Virus record (IMG/VR): IMGVR_UViG_3300045996_002572
Coordinates: 1-64,000 of that record
Strand: one strand, 5' to 3'
Source: a virus
Length of the DNA: 64,000 nt
Notes under the pieces: model-generated
Told to the model about the DNA's origin: nothing
Database searches by the model: none
Seen by the model: only the letters and a program-made list of their open reading frames with translations
Made by a program: the position numbers and the translations under genes
Shown here: piece after piece, positions 44,714-54,510 of the stretch
How the letters are laid out: every line of letters begins with the position of its first letter
Position numbering within the stretch: position 1 is the stretch's first letter

Positions 44714-45366
44714 GCGGCATTGAGAGCTGGGTGACGCCGCATCTCCGAGGGGTTTACCTCGGTGGGGTGAAGCTTTACGTCTTAGAGGGCGGCTTCAGTC
44801 AGGCAAGGCCGCAGGCCGGTGGCGTCGTTCGAATGCACGGTGGCCCCGATGTAGTGCAGTACGAGTTCACCGGCGCCACGGGGCCACTCTACGTCCAGCG
44901 GCTGGAGTGGTCCGGCCTATCCTTCGACGTTTCGAGCGAGGAGGCCTACCGCGCTGTCGACCGAGCGACCCGCGCGGCCCAGACCACCTGGTTTCCTGAA
45001 CTGGCGATCGAGGATGAATGGTCCGCAACAGGGGGCCAGACGCTGTTCTCGCTCTCCCGCGTGGCGGCCTACGGGGCCGTGACCGGCGTCACGCTGGCGT
45101 CGCACCCGCCGTCTGCCACGCTCAACGGCACCGCCCTGACCCGCGTCACGGGCACGCCGGGCGCCGGAGAGTTCAAGGTGTCGGCGACTGCCGGCGCTCA
45201 GTGGGGGGCGATCACTACCCCCGCGCTAACCGCCGGAGACGTGCTGCGGGTGATCTATCACCCTCTCTTCGCCGTAACCGGCGAGATGGGCGTCGAGTAC
45301 CCGGTCTTCAACGGGTTGGCCGCGGACGCGTCAATGCGCGAGATCCGGGTCGGGAGGTTCGATTGA
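44710..45366 (+). CDS. tail tip (distal-tail position) protein
   Basis: position; beta-rich. Confidence 0.55.
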   Translation: MSGIESWVTPHLRGVYLGGVKLYVLEGGFSQARPQAGGVVRMHGGPDVVQYEFTGATGPLYVQRLEWSGLSFDVSSEEAYRAVDRATRAAQTTWFPELAIEDEWSATGGQTLFSLSRVAAYGAVTGVTLASHPPSATLNGTALTRVTGTPGAGEFKVSATAGAQWGAITTPALTAGDVLRVIYHPLFAVTGEMGVEYPVFNGLAADASMREIRVGRFD

Positions 45367-47528
45367 TCCTCCTCGGTCGCCTCCCCGTCGTCGCTCAGGT
45401 CGTCGCTGTCTCTGGCGTGGCCGTGCTCTCGGCCTCGATCCAGGTGGTTGCCGATCCGCCCTCGCCTCTCACCCTGGAAATCCAGGTCGAACCCGGGGCC
45501 GCAGCAGCCGCGCTCGCCCAAAAGCAGTGCGTCGGCTGGTCAGCCGCTCTCGACGGCGCCTCGGTCCCCGTGATCCAGGATAGCGTCACCGTAACGCCTG
45601 GAAGCCTCGACAACCGCCTGGGCACCTGGAGCCTGGGGTTGCCCAGTCCCTCGGCGTTCGGCGATCCAGTGAGCTACAGAGGCGCCGCGCCGCCGGGTCT
45701 GCGGTCCGTTGGAATCTCGGGGATCTACAAGACGGACGCCGGAATCTTCGAGGTGCCGCTGATCACCAACGGCATCGTGGAGACCGAGAGCCGCGAGCTC
45801 AACGACAACGGCGTGCTGACGGCAACCTACTCCGGCCGTTGCGCCATCGGCCGGTACGACCGCGCGATCGGCGACCTCAGGCTCCCTCCTGGCCACGGCC
45901 TCTCGCGGGCTGAGGAAGTGCGGCGGCTCTTCGTCTCGGCGGGCATCCCGAGCACGGCACTCCCTCACGGCGGAAGCTGCATGAAGCCTCTCCAGACGAG
46001 AGGGGAGGCGGCGATCGAGCTGGCCGAGCAGATCATGCGCGTCCCGGGCTACGTGCTCCGGATGGATCCCTTCGGCCGCATCGAGGCGCTGGTCGACGGC
46101 TACAACCCAGGGCGCCCGGTGGACATGCAGATGTACGTGGCGGCCGGGAGCTTCCGCAGTGGCCCCGCGAACGCCGACGCCGGCACCCGCATCACCCTGA
46201 CCGGCACGGGCCAGGTGACCCGCGATTCGTGCGCTCGCACGCAGAAGCCCGTCCACGAGCAGGAGACGCGCGCCACCGTTGCCCCGGTGATCCAAGGATT
46301 TGAGCAGCAGGGCGACGGCTCGCTGACGCCGGTCACCGGCATCACCAGCGAACCCTACGAGCAGACCGTCTCGCTGGTGGTGACCTCGGGCGAGGAGGAG
46401 TGCGGCGCCGCCATCCTCGACCGTACCGTGACGTGGGGGCTCTACAACCAAGGCGCGGCAAGGTACCAGCAGGACGGCGACGGCAACCGCACGCCGCAGC
46501 AGTTCGTGTTCCTGCCGACCGATGCGGTCGAGGCGGATGACTCGCTCGGCGTGCGGGACCGCTACGAGACCTTGCAGGTGATCGGGCACGAGGAGGTCCG
46601 GCACTACTACGACGCGGAAGGCTACCTCTCGCGGCGCGTCACCCGCCGGCAGGCTCCCCGCTTCACGCAGGCCGCGCTCCAGCTCCGGTCCAGCGTCCTG
46701 GTCGATTGGGACGCAGCCGGGTACGAGCCGGATCAGTACCTGCTAGGAAATGGTGCAGGCGTCCTGGAGCCCGAGGAGTGGATGCCGATCGCCGAGCAGA
46801 TCCCGGCGGGGATGGAGTCGGAGATAATCGAGGAGACCTTCCACCGCGACGGCGCCTTCCTCACCGGCACGACCTCGGCCCGCAGCACCTGGTGGCGCCC
46901 CTCGGGGCGGTTCTACCTCTACTCCGATGGGGAGTTCGGTGCGCCCGCCGCCACCTTCGGCGCCTACGAGACCGTCTACGTCAACTACCTCGCCGACGGC
47001 AAGGGCTCGCACTACTCGGTCACCTCCACTGTCACGGGCGAGGATAAGCCTCGCATCGAGATTGACCGCGGAACCCGGGGTTACCAGCCGCCGGCGCCGC
47101 GCAAGCCCGGGCTCGAGCCGGACCCCGCGCTCTTCGACAACGAAGCCCAGGCCTCCTCTGCCCGCCCAGCGCACCGTCAAGAGGTCCAGCCGATCGAGGC
47201 CACCTACGTCAATTGGGCGCGGGAGGCGGTGGCGGGCATCCACGAGCTGCCAACACGGGCCGAGCAGTTGGCCGAGAACGAGATCGAACTGGCGGCGATG
47301 GCGCAGCGGGAGATCCGCGAGGCTGGGGCAATCCCCGTCACCTGGGATCATCCGGTCGTGTTCCAGGCGCGGCCCGGCTGGCACGTCAAGCTCCAGGTGC
47401 CGGGCGTCAACCTGCTCGGCCACGGCTCCGGCGTGCCCTTCTCCGTCTATGTGCGCTCGGTGACGCACAAGAGCAGCAACGGCGGTCGGACGTGGATCTC
47501 GTCGTTCACGGGGCGGGTCTATGTCTAG
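45363..47528 (+). CDS. tail hub/baseplate-like protein
   Basis: coupled TTG 45363; large beta-rich tail-tip protein. Confidence 0.55.
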   Translation: MILLGRLPVVAQVVAVSGVAVLSASIQVVADPPSPLTLEIQVEPGAAAAALAQKQCVGWSAALDGASVPVIQDSVTVTPGSLDNRLGTWSLGLPSPSAFGDPVSYRGAAPPGLRSVGISGIYKTDAGIFEVPLITNGIVETESRELNDNGVLTATYSGRCAIGRYDRAIGDLRLPPGHGLSRAEEVRRLFVSAGIPSTALPHGGSCMKPLQTRGEAAIELAEQIMRVPGYVLRMDPFGRIEALVDGYNPGRPVDMQMYVAAGSFRSGPANADAGTRITLTGTGQVTRDSCARTQKPVHEQETRATVAPVIQGFEQQGDGSLTPVTGITSEPYEQTVSLVVTSGEEECGAAILDRTVTWGLYNQGAARYQQDGDGNRTPQQFVFLPTDAVEADDSLGVRDRYETLQVIGHEEVRHYYDAEGYLSRRVTRRQAPRFTQAALQLRSSVLVDWDAAGYEPDQYLLGNGAGVLEPEEWMPIAEQIPAGMESEIIEETFHRDGAFLTGTTSARSTWWRPSGRFYLYSDGEFGAPAATFGAYETVYVNYLADGKGSHYSVTSTVTGEDKPRIEIDRGTRGYQPPAPRKPGLEPDPALFDNEAQASSARPAHRQEVQPIEATYVNWAREAVAGIHELPTRAEQLAENEIELAAMAQREIREAGAIPVTWDHPVVFQARPGWHVKLQVPGVNLLGHGSGVPFSVYVRSVTHKSSNGGRTWISSFTGRVYV

Positions 47529-48693
47529 GCTCAAAGACCTGCTCAACCGCAACGCGCAGAAGACGCGCGACCTGATCGTCGCCCGTGCCGTCGAGCCGGT
47601 CGGGGCTGGTGGTCTGTACGTGATCGAGATCATCGGCACGGGGCAGCGGGTCACGGCGCAAGCCCCGCCGGGGGTCACATGGGAGCCGGGCGCTCAGGTG
47701 CTCGCGAGCCAGGATCTGGGATACGCCGCGCACCACGTGCTCTCGGCTCCGCCCTCGGGCCAAGGCGGCGAGACGGTCTACCCGACCATCAAATACCCGC
47801 CGGCCCCTGCTCCGGTCCTGACAAAGCGCTACCTCGCCCTGTGCTGGACGCCAGACGGCGAGACGGTGACGGCAGTGCTCTACCGCGACGGCACCCAGCA
47901 TTCCGACCTCGCCACCCGCGCATTCTCCTACTTCTCCCTGAGCCATCCCGAGGTGATCGGGACCGACCCGCCGTCCGTGCTCTTCGTCGAGACCGCCGAA
48001 GGTGAGCCCGTCGGCATACGGGCATGGGACACCGGTGCGGACGTGATCCACGAGTACGAGCCGGCTGGGGGCACCCTCTTCTCGGTCCCGCACTACGTAG
48101 GCGGGCACGTGTATTGGATGGAGTACCCGGAGCAAGTCGTGGCGCCGGCTGCAGCAGCGATCAACCTGATCCGCGCCCTGCCGAACCTTTCGTCGCCAAC
48201 CCTGGTCGGCACCTACTCGCTCGTGGCAACGGAGGAGATCGGGCCGACCGTCACCTTCACCAACGGAGCCGACACGGCCGCCAGCTCCTCGGCCATGACG
48301 GCCTTCCTGATTTGGGCGGCGGGAGGCGGCGGGGCTGGCGCGCCGGCGGTGCGCCTCCAGCTGGACGGCGGCAGCGGTGCGGAGGCGGCATCCAGCGCGC
48401 AAGCCTCCGGCCTCGCCGCCGAGGACCGCTCGGTGATGGCGATTTGGCACGAGGGATTCTCGTCTCTCGCAGTGCGCCTTGACGAAATCGCCGCCACCTA
48501 CTCCGTCATCTGGCCGACGGTTGTTGGCGACCCCTGGCAGAACGCGTCGATCGCGGGATCCGCCGTAGTGATCTACGGCAACGCCATCGCCGCTCGCGGT
48601 TCAGTCTTCCTTTCGACCGCTACCTCGACTTTCGAGGTCACGGCGCATCCGACCACCGCCACGGTGCCGGATTACTTCTTCGCCCTGGAGTAG
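47521..48693 (+). CDS. tail tip protein
   Basis: position in tail module. Confidence 0.55.
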   Translation: MSRLKDLLNRNAQKTRDLIVARAVEPVGAGGLYVIEIIGTGQRVTAQAPPGVTWEPGAQVLASQDLGYAAHHVLSAPPSGQGGETVYPTIKYPPAPAPVLTKRYLALCWTPDGETVTAVLYRDGTQHSDLATRAFSYFSLSHPEVIGTDPPSVLFVETAEGEPVGIRAWDTGADVIHEYEPAGGTLFSVPHYVGGHVYWMEYPEQVVAPAAAAINLIRALPNLSSPTLVGTYSLVATEEIGPTVTFTNGADTAASSSAMTAFLIWAAGGGGAGAPAVRLQLDGGSGAEAASSAQASGLAAEDRSVMAIWHEGFSSLAVRLDEIAATYSVIWPTVVGDPWQNASIAGSAVVIYGNAIAARGSVFLSTATSTFEVTAHPTTATVPDYFFALE

Positions 48694-48695
48694 AC

Positions 48696-50189
48696 ATGGC
48701 TCCGCTTCTCGCCTGGTATGACGACACCGACACACTCCTGGCGAGCTTCGTCATGCCGACGGACGTGACGGCCGGTGTTGCCACAGCAGCGACGGAACTG
48801 CGGTACTGGAACCACAAGGGCGCGCCGGGCGGAGACGAGGCCCCGGACGTGGCGCTGCAAGCCCAAGTGGAGTTCCCGGCCGCGAGCGGAACGTTCGTCG
48901 CAAGCGGGGCCCCGCCCGTCGATGAGAGATGGATGCAACTGCGCGTGGAGGGCGGCGACTGGGTGCCGATGGGGTTCGGGTCGATGCTCTCGGTCGGCAA
49001 CATCCCGGCCGATAGCTACGCCGCGGTGTATGTCCGCTGGCTCCTCCCCATGACGGCGAACGCCTTGAACTCGGCGGCTTGGCGCTGGGATCTTGTCGGC
49101 TGGTCGCGGGCGGTGATCTCCCTGGGGGTGGGGCACTCCGAGTCCTCGCCAGACGGGGTGCTCCGGCGCATCGGCGATCGTTCCTTCTCCGGCCTGATCG
49201 TGGGCTCGACCGCGTACACCGACGGCGGCACCTCGGTGGGCGCGCCTTACGAGGCGTGGTGCGTCGACGGCGTCCCCTACGCAGCGCCCGCCGAGACCAT
49301 CACCGTCAACGACACCGACAGTGCCGCCGCCACCCTCTCGGCCGGGCAGGAGTACACCGCCCTCGTGGTGATGTCGGCGAGCGGGCGCACCTTGCTCAAG
49401 GGGGTCAAGGCGGCGATCGGCGCGAGTGTTGACCCGACGGTGCCGGCGGGCAGCTTCGCCCGGGCTCGCATCGTCCGGGACGACACCGAGGTCACCAGCA
49501 TCGAGATGTTGGTGAACCCCGACCGCTTTTCGTTCTGGGCGACCGGCGGGCTCAACGGCAAGCTCGGCCCCGGGGCAGCCCGGCAGGCGAACGCGCTCAC
49601 GGGCACGCGCCTCTCGCGCGAGGTCTCGTTCACCGCGAGCTCCACGAACCGCATCTGGGCGCTCCCGGACAATGAGGTGGACGTGACTACGACGGCCGCG
49701 GTCCCGACTCCAGGCGCGCTCCTGCTCTGGGAGGCAGTGACCGACGGCAGCGCCATCACCTCGATCGTAGACCGCCGGCGCTTCATCGGCCCGGAACCGG
49801 TGCGCTTCTCGCTGCGGCTCGGGTCCACCTTGGCGGCCGACGCGGTCTCCGGCCCCGAGGTCAACAACACCGGGGCGGATCTCTACCTGGACCCGGAGCG
49901 CTCGATCACGGTAGCGCTTGACGACCTCGGCTCGAGCGCGGCATCCGGCGAGACCCGCATCGATCTGCAGACCTCGGCGGCCGGAGCGGCGTGGGCATCG
50001 CTCTACGCGGGAGACAACGATATGCCGGATCTTGCTTGGGACGGTACCGACCCGGTGGTGACCGAGGGATTCCCGGATGTCCTGGTGATCGCGAAGGGTG
50101 CGCGGTTTCGGGCGCGGGTGGACGCGATCCCGAGCGGGGGAACGGCGCCGAGCGGAGCCGTGGTGGTGGTGGAGGGCTATCAGCGATGA
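48696..50189 (+). CDS. tail protein
   Basis: GGAG SD; TDGSAITSIVDRRRF motif typical of minor tail proteins. Confidence 0.6.
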   Translation: MAPLLAWYDDTDTLLASFVMPTDVTAGVATAATELRYWNHKGAPGGDEAPDVALQAQVEFPAASGTFVASGAPPVDERWMQLRVEGGDWVPMGFGSMLSVGNIPADSYAAVYVRWLLPMTANALNSAAWRWDLVGWSRAVISLGVGHSESSPDGVLRRIGDRSFSGLIVGSTAYTDGGTSVGAPYEAWCVDGVPYAAPAETITVNDTDSAAATLSAGQEYTALVVMSASGRTLLKGVKAAIGASVDPTVPAGSFARARIVRDDTEVTSIEMLVNPDRFSFWATGGLNGKLGPGAARQANALTGTRLSREVSFTASSTNRIWALPDNEVDVTTTAAVPTPGALLLWEAVTDGSAITSIVDRRRFIGPEPVRFSLRLGSTLAADAVSGPEVNNTGADLYLDPERSITVALDDLGSSAASGETRIDLQTSAAGAAWASLYAGDNDMPDLAWDGTDPVVTEGFPDVLVIAKGARFRARVDAIPSGGTAPSGAVVVVEGYQR

Positions 50190-50196
50190 ACTTCAG

Positions 50197-50262
50197 GGGC
50201 CCCCGGCGATGGAGTTGAACCATCCTGCGCCCGTCGGCGACAGTCCGCTAAGCCGAGAGCCC
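50197..50262 (-). ncRNA. tRNA-like element (T-arm plus 11-bp closing stem) between 22-bp direct repeats
   Basis: GGGCTCTCGGC...GATGG TTCAACT CCATC GCCGGGGGCCC. Confidence 0.45.
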
Positions 50263-50285
50263 TGGAAAGTCTATCAGGTGGAGGG

Positions 50286-50474
50286 CTACGCGCGATGATC
50301 GTCCGAGCCGAGGCCAGTGCGCCATTGCGGAAAGTCTTTGTAGGGCATCGAGGCGCAAACCGTGTCGAGGAAGGATTCGAGCAATGTGGCCAGATCCCGG
50401 TAGTCATCCGCCTGCTGCTGGCGCACTTCAAGGAGGCGAAGGCATTCTTGCTTGGCGGCGGCGTCAGATTCCAT
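50286..50474 (-). CDS. small hypothetical protein
   Basis: 62-aa ORF divergent from tRNA-Met. Confidence 0.35.
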   Translation of the reverse strand: MESDAAAKQECLRLLEVRQQQADDYRDLATLLESFLDTVCASMPYKDFPQWRTGLGSDDHRA

Positions 50475-50492
50475 GTCCGGGATTATATCCGA

Positions 50493-50565
50493 CGCAGGGT
50501 GGCGCAGTCGTTAGCGCGCGGGGTTCATACCCCAGAGGTCGCAGGTTCAAGTCCTGCCCCTGCAA
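50493..50565 (+). tRNA. tRNA-Met(CAU), initiator-type, degenerate
   Basis: C1:A72 mismatch, three G-C pairs closing CAT loop, GCAGG TTCAAGT CCTGC; D-loop lacks GG, 3' end AGCA not ACCA. Confidence 0.8.
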
Positions 50566-50710
50566 GCAACGCCCTCCCTCGCGGCGAGGGCCTTCTGCGC
50601 TCCCATGGTGATTGCAGGTTGTACTCGGCCCGCCGGAAGCCGCACTTCTTCATCACCGCTTCCACCTCGCGCAGCACCTTCAACGCTTCGGTCACATCAG
50701 TCGCTTTCAT
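50525..50710 (-). CDS. small hypothetical protein antisense to tRNA-Met and the fibre 5' region
   Basis: TACAAT...GAGGAGGAG SD-ATG 50710: MKATDVTEALKVLREVEAVMKKCG. Confidence 0.4.
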   Translation of the reverse strand: MKATDVTEALKVLREVEAVMKKCGFRRAEYNLQSPWERRRPSPRGRALLAGAGLEPATSGV

Positions 50711-52550
50711 CGCGCTCCTCCTCGCACACCTAATTGTAACGCCGACTGCTGCCCAGCCCGGCACCTGGACTCCCGGCCCCGGCCTCTCGGGCGACCCGCA
50801 CTGGCGCCCGCCGGTAGCAACCTCGGCCGCTCTCCCCCTGACCGGAAACCTGGTGGGCGACACCCGGCTGGTCATCGACTCGATCACCATCTACGCCTGG
50901 GACGGAGACTCCTGGGAGGTGCCGCCGGCGGGTCCTCCGGGCGGCTCGGCTGGTGGTGACCTGGCCGGCACCTACCCGAATCCGACAGTTGCGCCGAACG
51001 CCGTAGCGCTTGGCACGGACACCACCGGGGGATACGCGACCTCGGCATCTGAAGGCGGACCCGCAACAACGGCTCTTGCCTTCGCTTCCGACCCCGCCGA
51101 TTGCGATTCGGGCGAGGTCGCCGTCGGCATCACCACCTCCGGATCCCTGATCTGTGCGCCCGACGCGGGCGGAGTCACAGGCCCCGTCTCGGCCGAGGAC
51201 CGGCAAGTCCCCAGCTTCGACGGCACGGACGGGCAGGCGATCGAGGCCTCGGTCCTTCGGGCTACCGACGTCGACATCGCCTCGACCTCGGACTACAACC
51301 ACCCGGCGCTGCTCCAGCTCGGATCGTCGCGACCGTTCGGACCGAGCGGGGCAATGATCCCGGCCCCCTGCTTCAGCCGGTTCCCCTCGCAATTCACGCC
51401 GAACTCCTCGGCCTTCGCGGTCGAGAGCTGCCAGGACGGCGGGCCCGGTCCGGCAACGGGGGAAATCCTCGCGATCCACTTCAGCGACGAAGGCGGGCAG
51501 CCGCCGAGTTTCGCCTTGACCTCCGACATCTACCAGACGGGCGGCGGCGGGCTGGTGCTCGCGGGCTACTACGACACCTTCTCGAGCCAGGCGTACCGCT
51601 TCATTTCCTGGACCTCCGATGACTTCGTGCCGGCGATTGGAAGCGGGAGCACGGGCAACGTCGGAATCATCCGGAAGGGCGACGGCCTGCTCCAGGTCAA
51701 CGACGGCACCCGATCGGGAACAGCCTTCCGCGACATCCAAGTGCGCAACTTGATCGCGGCCAACGTTCGCATCACCCCAAGCGCTCCACCGGCCAGCGAG
51801 ACCGCCGCATGCGCGGCCGGCGATGCCGCATGGGATGCTCTCTATGACTACCGCTGCATCTCGGATGACACGTGGACCCGCGCTCCTCACGCTTGGACGG
51901 TGCCGACCTACGCAGGAAGCGCGACGGCAGGCGGACCCGCAACGACGGCGCTCGCCCTCAACGCCAACGGGACGAACTGCTCGGCAGGGAGCTATCCCGT
52001 CGGCACCGATGCCGCCGGCAACGCCGAGGGATGCACGGCGGCTTCGGGCGGCGTCACGGACCACGGCGCGCTCACCGGCCTCCTCGACAACGACCACCCG
52101 CATTACCAGCTCACGTCCGGGCAGTACCTGGTGCCCGCCGGAACCGTCATGACTCCGGGCTGGTCTTTCGCTGCGCAGCCGAGTCTCGGCATGAGGCGGC
52201 GCGCGGAAGACCAAATGGAGATGACCTTCGGGGGCACCAACTCGGTGGCCTTCCTGTACAACCTGATCGCGATCGAGAGGACTGACGGCGCCTTCTGTGC
52301 GGCAGATGGTGACGGGGTTCTCGACGTCTGCTTCAAGCGGACCGGCGCGAACGAGGCCACCGTATCCAACGGCGGATCCGGTAAGGGCAAGCTGCTCGCC
52401 GATGCCTTCCGCGCCTCGCCGCGCGCTACCGAGCCCTTTGCCTGCGGCGCCGGCACCGAGGGTTACACCTACACGAACAGCGTCTCCCACGAACTCTGCT
52501 TTTGCGATGGCACGTCTTGGACCGGCCTGAAGGCTGGCGGGGCTTGCTGA
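50619..52550 (+). CDS. tail fibre/spike-like protein (start uncertain: 50295, 50499 or 50619)
   Basis: GGDLAGTYPNPTV, two GGPATTALA..C repeats, VTDHGALTGL.DNDHPHY, LCFCDGTSW. Confidence 0.7.
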   Translation: MYSARRKPHFFITASTSRSTFNASVTSVAFIALLLAHLIVTPTAAQPGTWTPGPGLSGDPHWRPPVATSAALPLTGNLVGDTRLVIDSITIYAWDGDSWEVPPAGPPGGSAGGDLAGTYPNPTVAPNAVALGTDTTGGYATSASEGGPATTALAFASDPADCDSGEVAVGITTSGSLICAPDAGGVTGPVSAEDRQVPSFDGTDGQAIEASVLRATDVDIASTSDYNHPALLQLGSSRPFGPSGAMIPAPCFSRFPSQFTPNSSAFAVESCQDGGPGPATGEILAIHFSDEGGQPPSFALTSDIYQTGGGGLVLAGYYDTFSSQAYRFISWTSDDFVPAIGSGSTGNVGIIRKGDGLLQVNDGTRSGTAFRDIQVRNLIAANVRITPSAPPASETAACAAGDAAWDALYDYRCISDDTWTRAPHAWTVPTYAGSATAGGPATTALALNANGTNCSAGSYPVGTDAAGNAEGCTAASGGVTDHGALTGLLDNDHPHYQLTSGQYLVPAGTVMTPGWSFAAQPSLGMRRRAEDQMEMTFGGTNSVAFLYNLIAIERTDGAFCAADGDGVLDVCFKRTGANEATVSNGGSGKGKLLADAFRASPRATEPFACGAGTEGYTYTNSVSHELCFCDGTSWTGLKAGGAC

Positions 52551-52562
52551 AAGGAGGCTCCC

Positions 52563-53012
52563 TTGAAGAGATTCGCCTGCCTGCTGCTCCTGCTTCTGCT
52601 GATCCCCGTCGCCCCGGCCGTGGCCGCGGACACGGACTTGCTGCTCTCGAAGATCACCTACGCCCTTGCCGGCCTGGTGGACGCCATCGCTTCGGAGTCC
52701 GAGTCGACGCCCGATCACGCCGAACGCCTCGCCACGGCACGGACGATCGACGCGAACCTCGCCCAGCAAGCAAGGCGCTACTGGACCCGCGTGGCGAAAG
52801 CCTACCCGGCCTCCCAGGACGTGTGCGTCACCGACACCTTGACCGGCGAACGCAACTGCATGAACAGCGTCACGCAGGCCACGATCGACGGCCAGGTGAT
52901 CGCGCTGTTCGGGAACTCCGTCAAGCTCCAGGCGCTGGCGAACGCGATGAACGCGGAGCCGGAGCAGCGGGCCAAGGTCGGGAGTCCTCCGGTGCTGGCA
53001 CGGAGGCCTTGA
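52563..53012 (+). CDS. signal-peptide-bearing hypothetical protein
   Basis: AGGAGG SD-TTG; MKRFACLLLLLLLIPVAPAVA|A. Confidence 0.7.
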   Translation: MKRFACLLLLLLLIPVAPAVAADTDLLLSKITYALAGLVDAIASESESTPDHAERLATARTIDANLAQQARRYWTRVAKAYPASQDVCVTDTLTGERNCMNSVTQATIDGQVIALFGNSVKLQALANAMNAEPEQRAKVGSPPVLARRP

Positions 53013-53014
53013 CG

Positions 53015-53722
53015 ATGCGCCGCCTCGTTCTGCTCGCGCTGCTCCTGCTGGCCGCCCCCCTCGGCGCCGCCCAGACCACCCCAGCCGTCCACCTGGGAGC
53101 AGAGGGGCTCGACCTCGAGCTGAGCCTGCTTCTGGTCGAGGTGGGCGCGAGCGAGGCCGGGGAACTGGCGGTGGACGACGTGCAGGTGATCGAGATTGGC
53201 GAGGGCGCCTACATGTTCGCCGGTCTTCCGGACGCAGGCGGGACGGATCGAATCACCTTCTCGGTGGCCTCCTCGAACGATCCGCTGCGGCCCCTCTACA
53301 GCTACACGTACGGAGCGGAGCCGGGCACAAGCGTGATCTTCCGGAGCGAGGTCTCAGCGGTCACCGGGAGCACACTGGTGGAGGACGACACCTTCGGGAC
53401 GGTCCAGGTGGTGGTGCGCTCCGGACTCCCGGAGGTGATCGGCGATCCGAGCACGACGGTAACCTTCACGGCTGCGAACGCCGACTCTGGCGCCGCCGTC
53501 GTGACCGCGCGTCCGGCCACGATCAGCAACGTGGTGCAGGACGTGGCGACGGGCTCCTGGGGTTGCACCTTGGCCTACCAGGTAGAGGCGGCTCTAACGG
53601 CCAACCCGGCCACCCTGTCGGCTAATTTCGTGATCGCCTTCCCCTCGGGCTGCGCCTCGCCGCCGTGCCCGTTCACCCAGCCTGACGAACCTCTGCGGAT
53701 CTTGGTGAGGCGGAAGCTGTGA
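53015..53722 (+). CDS. signal-peptide-bearing protein with BppU-N-like C-terminal domain
   Basis: MRRLVLLALLLLAAPLGA|A; EDDT..TVTF..ATI..LAYQ..ANFVIAF..TQP..RILV pattern. Confidence 0.55.
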   Translation: MRRLVLLALLLLAAPLGAAQTTPAVHLGAEGLDLELSLLLVEVGASEAGELAVDDVQVIEIGEGAYMFAGLPDAGGTDRITFSVASSNDPLRPLYSYTYGAEPGTSVIFRSEVSAVTGSTLVEDDTFGTVQVVVRSGLPEVIGDPSTTVTFTAANADSGAAVVTARPATISNVVQDVATGSWGCTLAYQVEAALTANPATLSANFVIAFPSGCASPPCPFTQPDEPLRILVRRKL

Positions 53723-53958
53723 CAGGTCCCCCGGCGGCTCGCCCGGCTCGCGGCAATTTTCAGCGACCATTCGGTCCTGACCGCTTGCCTCGTGTTCCGT
53801 GTCCTGCCTCCCCCCGGGGGCCCGGGGGCTTGGATTCGCCAGCGTCCGGTGGAGTCGGCCTTACCACTGACTGCCCGGCGCCGCTCCAAGCTGGGCGGCT
53901 AAAAACCATTTCTATCACCGCTCCGGATCACGGTCCGGAGGAAGCTCTAGGAGGCTCA

Positions 53959-54510
53959 ATGTCTAACGGTGAACCGCTCGGACGGCCTGAGGCCCGGCTC
54001 TATCAACCGGTGACAGCTTGTGCACCCGATTCGCTGTCCGCAGCCATTGATCGGCTGACGACGCGAATTGCGGCGCTGGAGGCGAAGATCCCGGATCCGG
54101 TGGACCTTTCGGAGATCGCCTGCACGATCGGTGAGTTCTCGGTTGACCCGAGGGTTGATGCGCGGCTGTGCTCGATCGAGGGCGAGCTGCTGTCCCAGGC
54201 GGACTACTTCGGCTCGAATTGGCAACCGTGGCGTCCTCCGTCGGGCCCGCCCCCTTCTCCGGAAGAGGTCGGCGCCGCGTTGGAGAGTGTTGCCGCGTCG
54301 GCTCGCTCTCTCGCGAACGTTCACGCCGAATTCGGCAACGATCCGGCAGTTCTGGGCGAGTACCTGGAGGGGCTCGGCCGGGCACTGGACCTGTTCTCGG
54401 ACCTGCTTGGGCGCCTAGCCGATGCCGACCCCGGGCCGCTCCAAAACACCGTCGGCGAGGCCGGCATCGCCCACTATGCCACTCGACAGGAAGCCGAGGT
54501 GCCCAAGTGA
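53959..54510 (+). CDS. hypothetical protein
   Basis: AGGAGG SD-ATG 53959. Confidence 0.6.
   Translation: MSNGEPLGRPEARLYQPVTACAPDSLSAAIDRLTTRIAALEAKIPDPVDLSEIACTIGEFSVDPRVDARLCSIEGELLSQADYFGSNWQPWRPPSGPPPSPEEVGAALESVAASARSLANVHAEFGNDPAVLGEYLEGLGRALDLFSDLLGRLADADPGPLQNTVGEAGIAHYATRQEAEVPK

Noticed and set aside
50295-52550. Diversity-generating retroelement or invertible fibre cassette
   Set aside because: No reverse transcriptase or invertase; the internal fibre repeats are not adenine-specific variants
35191-52769. Long minus-strand ORFs across the structural region (e.g. 35191-36657, 39562-40782, 50730-52769)
   Set aside because: Codon-mirror shadows of structural genes
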